Source of the DNA: Octopus vulgaris
Lineage: Eukaryota
Direction of reading: 5' to 3'
Length of the DNA: 64,000 nucleotides
Assembly: GCA_951406725.2 (NCBI GenBank)
Contig: OX597824.1
Span: forward strand, 47,926,001-47,990,000
Shown here: piece after piece, positions 24,401 through 34,878 of the stretch
Layout of the letters: every line of letters starts with the position of its first letter
Position numbering within the stretch: position 1 is the stretch's first letter
The notes under the pieces: model-generated
Told to the model about the DNA's origin: nothing
Databases searched by the model: none
The model's input: the letters and a program-made list of their open reading frames with translations, nothing else
Position numbers and translations under genes: made by a program

Positions 24401-27400
24401 CTCCACCATGATCTTGATCGTTCATTGATGTCTTTCCATGATCCCATTTCCACTCAGCCTGTATGTCACTCTGAAGAAGCAGCACATGCTCCTCTTATCA
24501 AGTATCTCTTACAGTATCTCCAAACGAAATGCAGTGCTGTTGTCTATCAGTAATTCATCCACAGGGTCCCGCTCCAGGAATATCTTGTTCAGGACACAAG
24601 CAATCTTGTCTGCACTGTCTGTCTTCATTTCTCTCCAAATGGCCATCCAACCTGGCCCACAGTCAACCATCGAGAGATATGTCCCCTGCCAATAGTGTGT
24701 CACACTCACTGACAATTATTTCCAGTTGTGCTCTACTGAAATGTTTCCCTGCTCATGCACACCCAGAGCAGGGTTACTGGATTGACACCTGTCACAGTTC
24801 CTGACCACCTTTTGAATGCTTTGTCTAGTAACGTTGGTGTCAACCCTCCTGGCAAGATGCAGGGTCCTACCCATGACCATATGATGCATGGTATGAAGTG
24901 TCCTTAGTTCCGAGTTACTTAACCAACATACTGCAGCTATTCCCTGCTTCGGATCTTCCAGCTCTGCCAACCAGGCCTTTTCACCTTGATCAAAATGTCT
25001 GCCTTGTTCCTTTCAGCTTCAAGTAAAATTTGGCAGCCAGCTCTCTTAGAAACCCTAGGTAATGCTTTGCTAACATCTCTGCAACCCCCTTTGGTTCAAA
25101 TACTCTTTTCATTAGTGATCACTGATCCTACCCATCCAGTAAGATTTTGATTGAGTGCAGCCCCCATTTCAGTGTCAGATTTACCCACTTCAGCACCAAT
25201 TCAGGCCGCATCCTCCACTTCGACACCTCTGATTTCCAGTAAAACACCTCTCACTATGCTGCTAGCATCACACCATACAGTCCCATTCTCCAATTTGGGC
25301 ACATACTAGTTTTTTCTTACTGGGTCCTCTCTAGGATCTCCCACATCATTGCCATTGTCTCCTATCCCACTTTGTCTCCCCAGTTTGCCCCATCTGCTTG
25401 TCTAAATGTAGCTGCATGCTGTTTGTAACCACCTTGTGATTGGGTAGTGACCCACTAGTTCTCTCCTGCTGATGCAGGTACCCAGTTCCGGGATCTCATT
25501 CCCCTTCCAAAACACCAATGGGCCTGTTTTATCTCTTTGAAGCTTGAGCCCCAGTGCAGCTCTTCTAACCATTGACTCCAGGAACTTTGCAATTAGCCCG
25601 AACTTCTTTAGATGACTTATAACCTCTGTGGCAGGCACTACAGTCTCGTCTTCCAAGATGTCATCTATATTGGAACTGGTGGCCCTTCTGATCCTGTCCA
25701 CCTTTCCCAGGATAGATTTGAGCACTGTCGCCATGATCTTTGGCACAGAATTTAGCCTGAAACCCAGTCTAGTTAAATAGTATGTCTGGCCCTTATATTG
25801 CACCAGCTGATATTATCACAGTTTCTTGCTCACATGGAGCTGCAAATATGCTGACTTCAAGTCAACAATCGTCACTGCCCTTGTCATCTGTCTCCATTCA
25901 TGCAACGTCTCACTGCAGATGTCAGTCACTTCACCACCCGTGTGGTACAATACGTGGCCATTCATCTCCCAAAAGTCCAGTACCGGACTGACATTGCCCT
26001 TTGTTAGCTGCACTGCTGTCATTAGTGGTAGCACTCTGCTCACCACCTCCTCCTTCCACAGGATAAGGACACCCTCCTTAATCTACCTCTCTACCTTTCC
26101 TTCAAACTCACTCCTGGTATGTCCTTTCAAGGTATGCTGGTAGCAGCTCAGCCTGTTCTTCGGCATCAGGGGCTCTCTATTCCAGCAACACTCTACCATC
26201 CACCACTGACCATTGAACACCACCTGAAAATCTCTGTCCTCACTGGTGTAAGCAGTACAACCCATCACAGAGCTCTGCTCCCTCTCATGTTGCATATGAA
26301 ACCTCTGAACCACCAAATGGAACCATATCTCCACCAACACTGACACCCCATTACCACATCAATTCTGTCTACCACATGGTCAATCACAAGCGCCCACAGC
26401 CTCAATGTTATGCCCACCATTGCTACCCTTACATCCAATTTTGCTGGCAATGACGGTCCAAACACTACTTGTCTCCTTCCATTTTTGTTGTCACCCTTAG
26501 GGTCATGAGAGATGTCACGCAGCCCATATCTACAAGGGCTTTGAATGCCTTTTCCCCAACTAAGACTTCAACTACGGGCAGCAACTGCACAAGCATCTGT
26601 ACTCGAACCCGAGGAAGTTTGAGAGGCAGCAACTTCCCTGTGGCCTTTTCTCTGGCTGCAATTTTGAGTGATATGCCCAGCCTGCCTGTACCAGTAGCAA
26701 ATGGGTCTGGGCTTCATCTCTGTGCAGTCCCTTTCCATGTGCAATCCCTGACACTTGAAGCACCCACCCATGAATGGTCACTGTCACTTCATGGCAGTTT
26801 TCTCCTCTTCGTTCTTTACTGGTTGTTGCACTATGTTGCAGGCTTCTGCAGCTGCCATCACTACTGCCTTCCACCTGCTTGAGTGATGAGCTCACTCATC
26901 GCTATTTTCTCGCTGCCCAGCAGTTGCACCAATGTCACCAGGAAAGCCATTTATGAAGGCCAGATGTGCTGCCTTTTCGAGACCCTCTCTGCGAAAACTA
27001 GATAGCATGGCCAGTCTCTGAACCTCCATGGCATACTCATCGACCTGTTCCTCTGTCCCCTTGACCATTCCCAGCTTAGCAAACATGGTGTATGTTCCCT
27101 CCATATAGACTTCCCTCAAGTGCCACTTGATCTTCCTCATCCATCTTGAAGTACAGTGCCAGTGTGCTTCCCTCCAGGTAGAGGGCCATGAGATCTGCTA
27201 CATTATCGATGCCTTGGAGCCTGGCCACTACCTTGATCTTACAGATCCAGGCCACTACATCTCCTTCACTATAGAAAGGTCTGACAGCATCGCTGGTGAT
27301 CCTTATCTTCGCTGCCAAGGAAGGGGGCCATAACAATGGAGAAATATATTTATACACAAGTACTGAAAAAAACTTGCTGTACGAGGGAATTGTGATGTGG

Positions 27401-30296
27401 GGAAATAAGTTACAGTTCACCCATCTACTTGTTGGCTGTCCAACTGTACTAAGTCCAAAACATGTGCTCTACCCATCGCACCTAATGTTAGCAGCTGCTA
27501 CTACCAATCCCGCTAGCTCACTCTGCTGACATCCATTCATGGTGACTGCACCAAGCCAAAAGAGGATGACCCTGCTCCTGCTTCTCTCACTTCCTCTCTT
27601 CCTCTTCCTGTTCTGGTCAGGACTATTGACATCATAGCCCTTTCCTTCTGGCTCATCTCATGAACATACAATACAAACTAGATAGCATAGCCAGTCTCTG
27701 AACCTCCATGGCATACTCATCGACCTGTTCCTCTGTCCCCTTGACCATTCCCAGTTTAGCAAACATGGCGTATGTTCCCTCCATATAGACTTCCCTCCAG
27801 TGCCACTTGATCTTCCTCATCCATCTTGAAGTACAGTGCCAGTGCGCTTCCCTCCAGGTGGAGGGCCATGAGATCTGCTACATTATCGATGCCTTGGAGC
27901 CTGGCCACTACCTTGATCTTACAGATCCAGGCCACTACATTTCATTGTTAACAAAATATACTTACATTTTGTTCAATAAAGCAATAAACTGCTCTCCTTC
28001 TCTCAAATCAGAGAGCGATTCTATGACAAGGTGAGGATTTAATTTGTTCAACTGGAAAGGAAGAATGAAAGAAAATACTTTAATAACTTATGTGAGACTG
28101 ATTTCCTTTTACAATATATTAGGTATGAAATTTGTAGAAAAGAAAAAAAAGTTTGCTAATGTTTTATAAATACAAAGAATAGTTTTATTCATCAAAACAT
28201 GCACCCGTATTGTCAATATACTTTTGCCATTTCAGCGGTAGCTTGTCCAGTCCAGAACTGTAAAAGTCTGGCAATCTAGAGTCAATAAAATCTTGGAAGA
28301 CCTGTTTTACAGCATCAATGGAATTAAATTTTTTTCCTATCAAAAGGTTATCCAAATTCTGGAAGATGGTCGTTAGTGGGGTCAAGATCAGGTGAGTATG
28401 GTAGATGATGGAGAACTTCCAATTCCAACTCCTGTAGTTTCACCAATGTCATTTTTGCAATGTGTGGTCTGACGTTGCCTTGCAATAAAATAGGAGTGGA
28501 TCTGTTGACTAATCTAAGTTGTTTTTTTGTAAGTTTCTGCATCATATGGTCCAATTGGCTGCAGTATATCAAAATGGATCACACCTACGCCAGATCACCA
28601 AACACACACCATCAGCTTCTTTTAATGAATTTTGCTTTTTGGACTATGTTTTGGTTTACAATATGGGTGACTAGGCCATAGCCCACACCACCAGATGTTT
28701 TAAGCAACTCAGCAGTGATTCTTGATGGGCCAGGGGCTTTTCTGGCTTCATATCCTTAATTGCTTTATCTACCAGGGTGTTGTCTATTCGGATAGCTCGT
28801 CCCTCTACTGGATCAACATTTGGCAGGCTCTCCTCCTCCCATTCATTCTCCATGTTCAGCATTCTTTCATAATGGCTCCTCCAAGCCTCTTTCTTTTCCA
28901 AACCATTCAAAGCAAGTGCACCATCATCCATGTGGACACATTTCTCTCCTGTGATATCACAATTTCCTCTCACACACTGTCTTGCAATCTGGAATACTTC
29001 AGTTTTTTGGTCCTCACGTCGCTGGACATTGGCAAACTTCTTTCTGCTTCACCCTTAGCTATGTATACCTGTCGCCCAGCCTCTCTTTTGGCTATCTGGT
29101 ATAGTTCACTGCTACCCCCGCCCTTCCAGGCCTGTTTCTTTGCTCTGATAGCTTTGTCTACCTTATTATTCCACCACCACATTACTCTAGGTCTGGAAGA
29201 GTACTGGATTGGTCTGCTTCTTAGCATCCTCCTGGTCTCGAGTCGAAAGTCACTAATGATTAGTCTATGCTGGGGGTGCATTCCTTACCTGGGAGGGTCT
29301 TTGTATTTTGAGAGCAACCCTGCGTCCCGCTGGCTAGCAGAGACCCCTGACTGATAGGTTATCAGGTGGCTGTTTAGCTTCCTGAAGTTAGTGTTGCAGA
29401 TTAAAAGGTTACATGCATCACAGAACTGCAGTGACCTAGTTCCCTCATCGTTCCGGGAACCAATACCATGGCCCCCATGTACACCAGTAAAGATACTGGA
29501 TTTCTGCCCAACATGCCCATTAAAATCTCCAGCCACAAAGATGAGGTCATCGCCACTCGTCTTTGAAGTAGCCTGTAGAAGGGTATCATAAAAATGGACT
29601 TCTGATCATTTGGTAGCCCTGCTTGTCGGGCGTAGACAGAGATAATTGTAGCTGTGCTGTTCTGCAGGACTAGCCTGAGGTTAAGCACTCTATCGCATAC
29701 CCTGACAACCTCTATGACCTTATCCACCCATTTCTCTGCAAGGAGTATGCCTACTTACTCCATCCATGTTATCTTGCCAGAAGACTTTATACCTATGTGC
29801 CTTGCCTTTGAGGACCCTAGCTGAAGTTCCTCTCCATCTTACCTCTTGTATGCAGCATACATCAACCCGTCTCCTTTCAAGCATCTCTGCAATCTCACTA
29901 GATCTACCTTTCAGTGTGCCAACTTTTGTATGCAGCATACATCAACCTGTCTCCTTTCAAGCATCTCTACAATTTCACAAGACTTGCCTACAATGATAGT
30001 GCCAACTCTGAAAACAGGGAAGGGAATGTGGGGTGAGGCTTGGGGAAAATGACCATGTATAGCTTAGCGATTCAATATCTCATCCAAGTAGATAAACAGG
30101 TAAGATGGTGTATTTAAGAAGAATATATGAAACAGAAACGCGTGTCATTTAGAGAAGAATATTTGAAATACAAGAAAATTGAGCCTAGAATTCTTACTAA
30201 GCTACTACAACTTTTCACTAGATGGGGATTAAAATAAGTATAATCATACATCTTACTCACCCATTGGATTAATACAGCTTTCTTGCTGAGATCCAT
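5790..30296 (-). CDS. NUMA1: Spliced gene model (5' part): NuMA-like protein with Hook-type CH domain plus coiled coil; join(30296-30261,28051-27966,20069-20002,18560-18493,16943-16769,14854-14819,10379-10321,6862-6742,5907-5790), continues off the left edge
   Basis: Nine exons, all with AG/GT boundaries and compatible phases (0,2,1,0,1,1,0,1,2), translate without stops: MDLSKKAVLIQWLNKLNPHLVIESLSDLREGEQFIALLNKIKATSYDVNTKKERFEIIQKFIEDKYDYKLVEQVNFDKDNELDFAKIAVLVLAAGV...LKKLDHELEYERHHCFELECNLKVNKKIISSKDDKIQELNNQIRDLKKLQDQLDDY. By eye this resembles NuMA (ALLSWVNSL..LQDCSIFIKIIDRI..ERLDFVCSFLQ..ELELAKMTMLLL; LKKQLADERSNRDELELELAENRKLLTEKD, recalled). The symbol is tentative; a Hook/Girdin-family paralog is not excluded. 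Confidence 0.7.
6003..6240 (-). mobile_element. Diverged RTE 3'-end-only copy
   Basis: catcat tail followed by ttttccatgctggcatg...ggtttctatgg...ccactccacagagtgt, matching the RTE 3' UTR. Confidence 0.6.
6742..6862 (-). CDS. NuMA-like coding exon 8 (EIKEKNMLLKKLDHELEYERHHCFELECNLKVNKKIISSK), 121 nt
   Basis: acttttacatgtattag acceptor, AAG|GTAATG donor; start of the coiled coil; this frame is not in the ORF track. Confidence 0.82.
10321..10379 (-). CDS. NuMA-like coding exon 7 (EMPCHDTSWSSDKSAIHSNY), 59 nt
   Basis: tctaccttctattgtag acceptor, GTAAGT donor, phase 1 to 0, open frame. Confidence 0.72.
10963..12417 (-). mobile_element. Full-length decayed mariner (family A)
   Basis: TIRs ttgggtcatcccataaataatg / cattatttatgggatgactcaa; WVPHKL, TGDEKW, DNARPH remnants; contains an insertion at 11030-11195. 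Confidence 0.9.
11030..11195. repeat. Short partly inverted insertion inside the mariner, flanked by a 13-bp direct repeat
   Basis: taagataaacaaa at 11017-11029 and 11196-11208; inverted arms about 11028-11075 / 11093-11140; right part matches 728-779 in reverse. Confidence 0.7.
12792..12864. repeat. Two-copy tandem repeat, about 34 bp
   Basis: tgga(c/t)tatacctgagagctctta(g/c)agtatccac twice. Confidence 0.8.
13150..13312 (-). mobile_element. tRNA-derived SINE
   Basis: Reverse complement of the 123-280 family (...cttaccacacagccatgcct). Confidence 0.75.
13950..14782 (+). mobile_element. Older 5'-truncated RTE copy with 3' UTR and tail
   Basis: ORF 13988..14173 (RVKGRLYDARV..YGSETW), decayed downstream, gatgatgatg tail ending about 35 bp from the microexon donor. 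Confidence 0.88.
14819..14854 (-). CDS. NuMA-like coding exon 6, 36-nt microexon (LEIFDSENNEHS)
   Basis: ttttataattttccag acceptor, CAG|GTCAGT donor, phase 1-1; needed to avoid a T|AG stop between exons 5 and 7. Confidence 0.72.
15092..16298 (-). mobile_element. Decayed mariner (family B)
   Basis: TIRs ggctgaaaagttcataggctgact / agtcagcctatgaacttttcaacc; TQDECCV, DNAP, HPPYSSELVPSVYHLF. Confidence 0.88.
16769..16943 (-). CDS. NuMA-like coding exon 5 (IAVLVLAAGV...DNLFTHKC), 175 nt
   Basis: ttatttcag acceptor, GTGAGT donor; Hook/NuMA-type helix LVLAAGVKG..QEEFMKAALSLNEQSQLEIMSILK. Confidence 0.88.
17017..17485 (-). mobile_element. Diverged RTE 3'-end copy with minisatellite
   Basis: catcatcatcattt tail, 3' UTR match, repeated gtgct(t)ttatgtggca units. 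Confidence 0.7.
18493..18560 (-). CDS. NuMA-like coding exon 4 (DKYDYKLVEQVNFDKDNELDFAK), 68 nt
   Basis: tcttcatttctag acceptor, AAG|GTAAGC donor, phase 1 to 0. Confidence 0.85.
18670..18825 (+). mobile_element. SINE with Nin/Deu-like central domain
   Basis: gagttcaaattc B-box, gactttgcttttcattctttcggggttgataaaataagaaccag; same family as 46113-46336. Confidence 0.7.
18887..19510 (-). mobile_element. Two tandem diverged RTE 3'-end copies (18887-19280, 19313-19510)
   Basis: Each starts with a catcat tail plus ccatgctggcatg...ggatgcccttcctaa match. Confidence 0.7.
20002..20069 (-). CDS. NuMA-like coding exon 3 (KATSYDVNTKKERFEIIQKFIE), 68 nt
   Basis: ttgttttatttag acceptor, GTATGT donor, phase 2 to 1 fits both neighbours. 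Confidence 0.85.
20222..23667 (+). mobile_element. Near full-length RTE-clade LINE (APE endonuclease, RT, PHD-like finger), inactivated
   Basis: EN motifs EVRW, SAYAPQ, GDFNGH, QIDYIL; RT motifs KAPGPSG, NYRGIKLL, QFGF, FVDMEKAFD, GVHQGSVLSP, LYADD, FRYLG; frameshifts near 20705 and 22465, TAG at 21956; (GAT)n tail; 5' end truncated inside EN. Confidence 0.95.
23930..27662 (-). mobile_element. Decayed Gypsy/Ty3 LTR retrotransposon (gag-PR-RT-RH-IN) with LTR remnants
   Basis: Zinc knuckles CFKCQGLHMERDC and CYWY..GHITQNC; ALVD(M)GC protease; VDLKSAYLQL and SNIDDIL RT; WCDAS RNase H; integrase LSMVDCG..LIDNSTAF; shared LTR segment catagccctttc.ttctggctcatctcat at about 23948 and 27633. Confidence 0.88.
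27675..27940 (-). repeat. Local duplication of the gag segment 26995-27260
   Basis: 266-bp direct copy at offset 680 with only a handful of differences. Confidence 0.9.
27966..28051 (-). CDS. NuMA-like coding exon 2 (LNKLNPHLVIESLSDLREGEQFIALLNKI), 86 nt
   Basis: Strong polypyrimidine acceptor ttctttcattcttcctttccag, GTAAGT donor, CH-domain motif SLSDLREG. Confidence 0.88.
28118..28671 (-). mobile_element. Mariner 3' fragment (family C)
   Basis: LLQGNVRPH, HLPYSPDLDPT, LPLKWQKYIDNTGACFDE; truncated at the RTE junction. Confidence 0.8.
28672..30050 (-). mobile_element. Decayed RTE 5'/endonuclease region
   Basis: VDVCCIQEVRW, GDFNGHVG, WWWNNKV, GEKCVHMDDG fragments; about 80-bp tandem duplication at 29848-29980. 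Confidence 0.88.
30261..30296 (-). CDS. NuMA-like coding exon 1 (MDLSKKAVLIQW); exon begins at 30304 after an acceptor, implying an upstream non-coding exon
   Basis: ttacttctttag acceptor, ATG at 30296, TGG|GTGAGT donor; W at a phase-0 boundary as in Hook/NuMA-family genes. Confidence 0.8.
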
Positions 30297-31869
30297 TTGG
30301 TATTCTAAAGAAGTAAACAAAATTCACAAGGAAATTTACTATTTTAATATAAACAGTAGTAAACCATTGACTCTTTTAAGGATTATAATTAGATAGGACA
30401 GCAAAATTCATACATTCAACAAAGGCAACATTGTTTCTTTCTCTTTTTTTTTTGCTGAAGTTCTCAACAGAAAGAGGCTACATTAAAATATATGGGATGG
30501 TCTTTTATGGATCTGAATTGATGTAACCCTTTGAGGTGGTTGTAAATGAGAGTGAGGTGGGAAGAGAGATTTAAAGTAGTGTAGTAAGGGATAGTTTACA
30601 AGTGATTCAATCATATTAGATGTGTTGGATGGGAGATTACTAAGTCGATTACAGGATGGAGACATACAATTGCATACATCCATTTTTTAAATCTCTGTAG
30701 AGAGATAGAGGTTGAAGACTTGGGTGAGTATAGGTTCTGGCTCAAAAGTAAATTGTTTCCAGTTGCATTTTGGATCAGGCCTGATTACTTTGTTGATATT
30801 TAGTGACCTTTGACGACTGAATTAGTCAAAAACTGAACGCTGGGATCACTGAGTGGAGTGTGAGAGTAGAGTAAATTATTGTTGATGCAAATAAAGAAAA
30901 CAGAGATGACTGTGCCTTGCCACACATATCTAAATTGGTAAAATAAAAGTTAGAGAGGATTTTATTAGCACATTTTGTTAGGGGAATGTTCTGTTAAGTA
31001 TCTTTTAAAGCAGATTTTTGAAATGGACAGTCAAAAAGTTTGCTGAAGTCAAGAACAATATGACCTTTTTATTTATATATATTACAATTATTTCCTTTTT
31101 ATGGTTTAGTTAAAGAAATTGTAGTGATGACTATGGAGGAAGAAACCACAACTCTTTATTCTCAAAACAAAGACCTGGTCTGAATGCTTGCAACAGAGTG
31201 GACTCCATTAAAGGAGCCTAAGGACCAGGTGTTAGTGTGAAACAAGACAACAGTTTAATCATCTAATAGGCTTCTATACAGTTCTAATCTGTTCATTTTC
31301 ATTTAAACAGCTTAGAACAACTCACTGCTATGTTTGCCAAGATGTAGAAGAGTAATATCAAACTTTGGATCATTTGACTATTCCTGCATCCATCAGAAGG
31401 ACTTACAAAGGGTGGGGATCCAACAAGTACATCAGTCTGAGGGCTGGATATCCAAGAGGGGTCCCTGAGAATTTCTAATGAGAGGAGGAGATCCCATCCA
31501 TTTCAAGGTAGGGTCCCAAAGCAACATCATTCTTACTTATAAAATTTTTCTCAAAGACCTTAATCATAATCCACAAGTGTGACATACAATAATAGGCCTC
31601 ACAAAACATTCTCCTTGCTGGTCCCCAAACTAATATCAATTTGAATGGAATTTATGAATTGCCAGTAAATAAGTGACAACTACACAAGTTTGTCAATAAG
31701 TGCATTAGATTAAAAAAAATACTTTCACTTTGACTATGCAAGTTTCATAAAAGATAGAGTATCTTAAGACAGAGAACACAAGACAATTACTAGACAGTTG
31801 TAAACTGTCTTAAATTTATTTCTACATATTTAAAAAAAATATTTCTATTTTCTAATTTACCTAAAATAT

Positions 31870-32230
31870 TTTCTGTCTGCTGCAGAGGTTTCAAGTTTGC
31901 ATGGGCTAATGCTGCTCTATTTGAGGTTTTTTATCAGAGTGTCTTTGTACCTGTTTAAGTCTTCCTTGTATGTGTGAGCTTGCTGTACAACGGCTGTCTG
32001 AGTACATGGTTGTTAATCATTCTGATGACATGGCCAGTCCAGCACTTCTTGGTTTGTCACACTGTCCTGCCAGTGAATGCCCATGGTCCTGCACAGTGCT
32101 CATATGTGAATCTGTTCCAGCTGTTTGATGTGCTGACAGTATGGGGTCCATGTTTGATATCCTTAGTGTAGTGCAGAAACAAATACAGCCTTGTAGATCT
32201 TGAGCTTTGTTGATAGTCTGATTCCTTTCT
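31870..32230 (-). mobile_element. Old RTE-like LINE remnant
   Basis: Reverse strand reads TKLKIYKAV..., WTGHVIRM...QPLYSKL...KDTL, typical RTE C-terminal fragments. Confidence 0.5.
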
Positions 32231-32699
32231 GCTGGAGGGCTTTCACTTTCAGTTTTCCAAGTGCTTGGCTGGCCTTGTGGATTTTGGACAGAACAATGTG
32301 GAGGTCTCTTACCTCATGAGCAGCAGCTGCCTATGAAGAGGACTGGCGACTGCGTCTCAATGCTGCAAGAGAAAGATGTCACAGAGTATCATCTGCCTAA
32401 ACCCAGTCGACAGACTATTGCTATGACATCTGTGGGTGCCTGTGTGCTTCCAACTTTGGACTTTGGATTCACAATGCACTCTCATCACTGAGAACAGACT
32501 TTGTTGTCATTGGACACTGATGGACTACCTATCATCATGTTTCACTGAAACACCTTTTTTACACCAATGTGGATAAAGAAGCATTACATTTGACAAAATA
32601 ATCCGATTGCAAAAGGGTTAAATGAAATGCTGTTGCTCATGTTTGAACACATCTCTGCGTGCACACATATATATATATGTATATATATATACATATATA

Positions 32700-33838
32700 T
32701 CAGGCTGTCCAGAAAATTCTAAATGTTTTTTAAGCGCAATAAATTATAAGAAATTTTAAACATACTCTCATCTTTATTCATTAAAGTAATTTCCATTGTT
32801 TTCTATGACCTTAATCCACCTAGCAGGCAATTTAAATATTCTATCAGCATAAAACTCAGTTACTTTTAAGTCATCTAAGTGGATTTTGACACCATCTAAA
32901 TCATTAAATGATTTTCCTTTTGGAGAGTTCTGCAGAGACAAAAACAAATGATAGTCAATTGGTGCAACGTCAGGGGAGTACAGTGGATGAGGCAAGAGAT
33001 TCCACCCAAGTTCATGTGACTTTGTGCAGGTAGCCAAAGACAGATGTGGTTGGGCATTGTCCTAGTGGAACACAACCCCTTTCCTGTTGATGAGCACTGG
33101 CCTCAATTCCTTGATCTTTTGATTCAAATTTGCTAGCTGATGGCAGTACACTTAAGAATTGATGATCTCATTTTGTAGGAATAGTTCATAGTAAATAATG
33201 CCTTTGAAATCTTACCAGACATGACATTTTTTTTAATGAATATTCTGCTTTGGAAGCTGTTTTTGAGGATCCTCACACAATCTCCAAGATCTTTTTCTCA
33301 CAATATAAACAATCCATTTTTCATCTCCAGTTACCAGTTCTTTCAGGAAAGGCTTATTTTCATTGTGTTTCAGAAGCATATCACAAATGGAATACTGGTC
33401 CATGCAGTTTTGTTCTGACAGTTTGTGAGGTAGCCAAACATTATAGAGAGAAACATACCCAATTTTCACTAAGTATTCATGAATGGAACTTTTGGAAATT
33501 TCCAACTTCTATAGTTGTATATTCAAGTTTTTTGCAATGGTTACCTTCAAAATATCATCATCTTCACCATAAACTACAAATAATTTTATACATTTCTGCA
33601 ATATTTTCACCATTTTTTTAAGAAGAAAAGCATTATGTGGCGAATATGCAACATTTGGTTATCCATTTCAAATGGGAATTAGGGCTGAAAGGAGTAAAAT
33701 ATATGCTGATTTTTAACATGGAACTTAGGTGATACTGCAAACAATTCTGAAATCCGAGTCATACTGAGATTAGAATTATTGCATGAAGGGCTTAGACACA
33801 AATCCTGAAATAGCTCAGAACTTTCTGGACAACCTGAT
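32700..33838 (-). mobile_element. Decayed mariner (family D)
   Basis: TIRs tcaggctgtccagaaa / tttctggacaacctga between TA runs; WLPHKL, TGDEKW, HPLYSPDVAPIDYHLF. Confidence 0.9.
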
Positions 33839-34035
33839 ATATATATATGAGAAATAAGGATAAACACATGTTTATATAATAGTTCCTACATGCATTTCAT
33901 GATTATGAACTTTTGGAGCCCTACTACTCTGTATAGAAGGCAGACTAGATTATGAAAATCTAATGGACCTCAAAAAACATAACAATAGCAGTCATACATC
34001 TATTTGCACACACAATTTCTACACTATATATTTAA

Positions 34036-34225
34036 TCTCTTTACCTTTTACTTGTTTTAGTTATTAGACTGTGGCCATGCTGGGGCACCACCTTGAAGAA
34101 TTTTAGTCAAATGGCCCCAATACTTTTTTTTAAGCCTGGTACTTATTCTATCAGGCTCTTTTGTGGAACTGTTAAGTTATGGGGATGTAAACACACTAAC
34201 ACCAAATATCAAGTGGTGGTGGGGG
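34036..34225 (-). mobile_element. SINE 3' region (second octopus-type family)
   Basis: cttttacttgttttagttattagactgtggccatgctggggcaccacc...; related pieces at 20200-20225, 41975-42110, 42785-42830, 56175-56385. Confidence 0.6.
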
Positions 34226-34317
34226 ACACAGACAGAACGACACACACATATATAAGGTGGGTGGGGGTGGGCACACAGACAGAACGATACACACGCACAT
34301 ATATAAGGTGCTTAGTA

Positions 34318-34500
34318 TCTGGTAAGATTTCAAAGGCATTGAGATCATCAATTCTTATGTGTACTGCCGTCAGCTAGCAAATTTGAATGAAAAGATCAAG
34401 GAATTGAGGCCAGTGCTCTCCAACAGGAAAGGGGTTGTGTTCCACTAGGACAATGCCCAACCACATCTGTCTTTGGCTACCTGCACAAAGTCACATGAAC
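34318..34500 (+). repeat. Inverted partial copy of mariner D internal segment 33011-33218
   Basis: Reverse-complement match including the same FH*DN nonsense codon. Confidence 0.85.
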
Positions 34501-34746
34501 AGCATTTTTGACTTTTGAGAAGAAATATATTTTCTACAAATGTTCACATCCTTACAAAAACTATATCAGCTAAGCAAATGACCTTCTCTAAATACGTTAA
34601 AAGCATTATAACATGACCTAATCATAATTTCAAAAAATTATTGCCATTCTCTTTGAGCATACAAGACAAATTTGGCTGGGGCAAAATGTGTCAACCAAGA
34701 TAAGGTAAGTTTGCCTCTTCAATTCTCCAGAATTACATTTGGAAAC

Positions 34747-34878
34747 AGATTCAATACCCATCCTAAGGAAAGATCAGAAATGCAATACCCATCCAAAGGA
34801 AAGATGAGAAATTCAACACCCATCCTAAGGAAAGATGAGAAATTCAATACCCATCCTAGGGAAAGATCAGAAATGCAA
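34747..34878. repeat. 31-bp minisatellite, about 4.3 units
   Basis: aaat(t/g)caatacccatcctaaggaaagat(c/g)ag repeated head to tail. Confidence 0.88.

Noticed and set aside
34747-34878. 31-bp repeats as a CRISPR array
   Set aside because: Head-to-tail units with no unique spacers, no cas genes, eukaryotic context.
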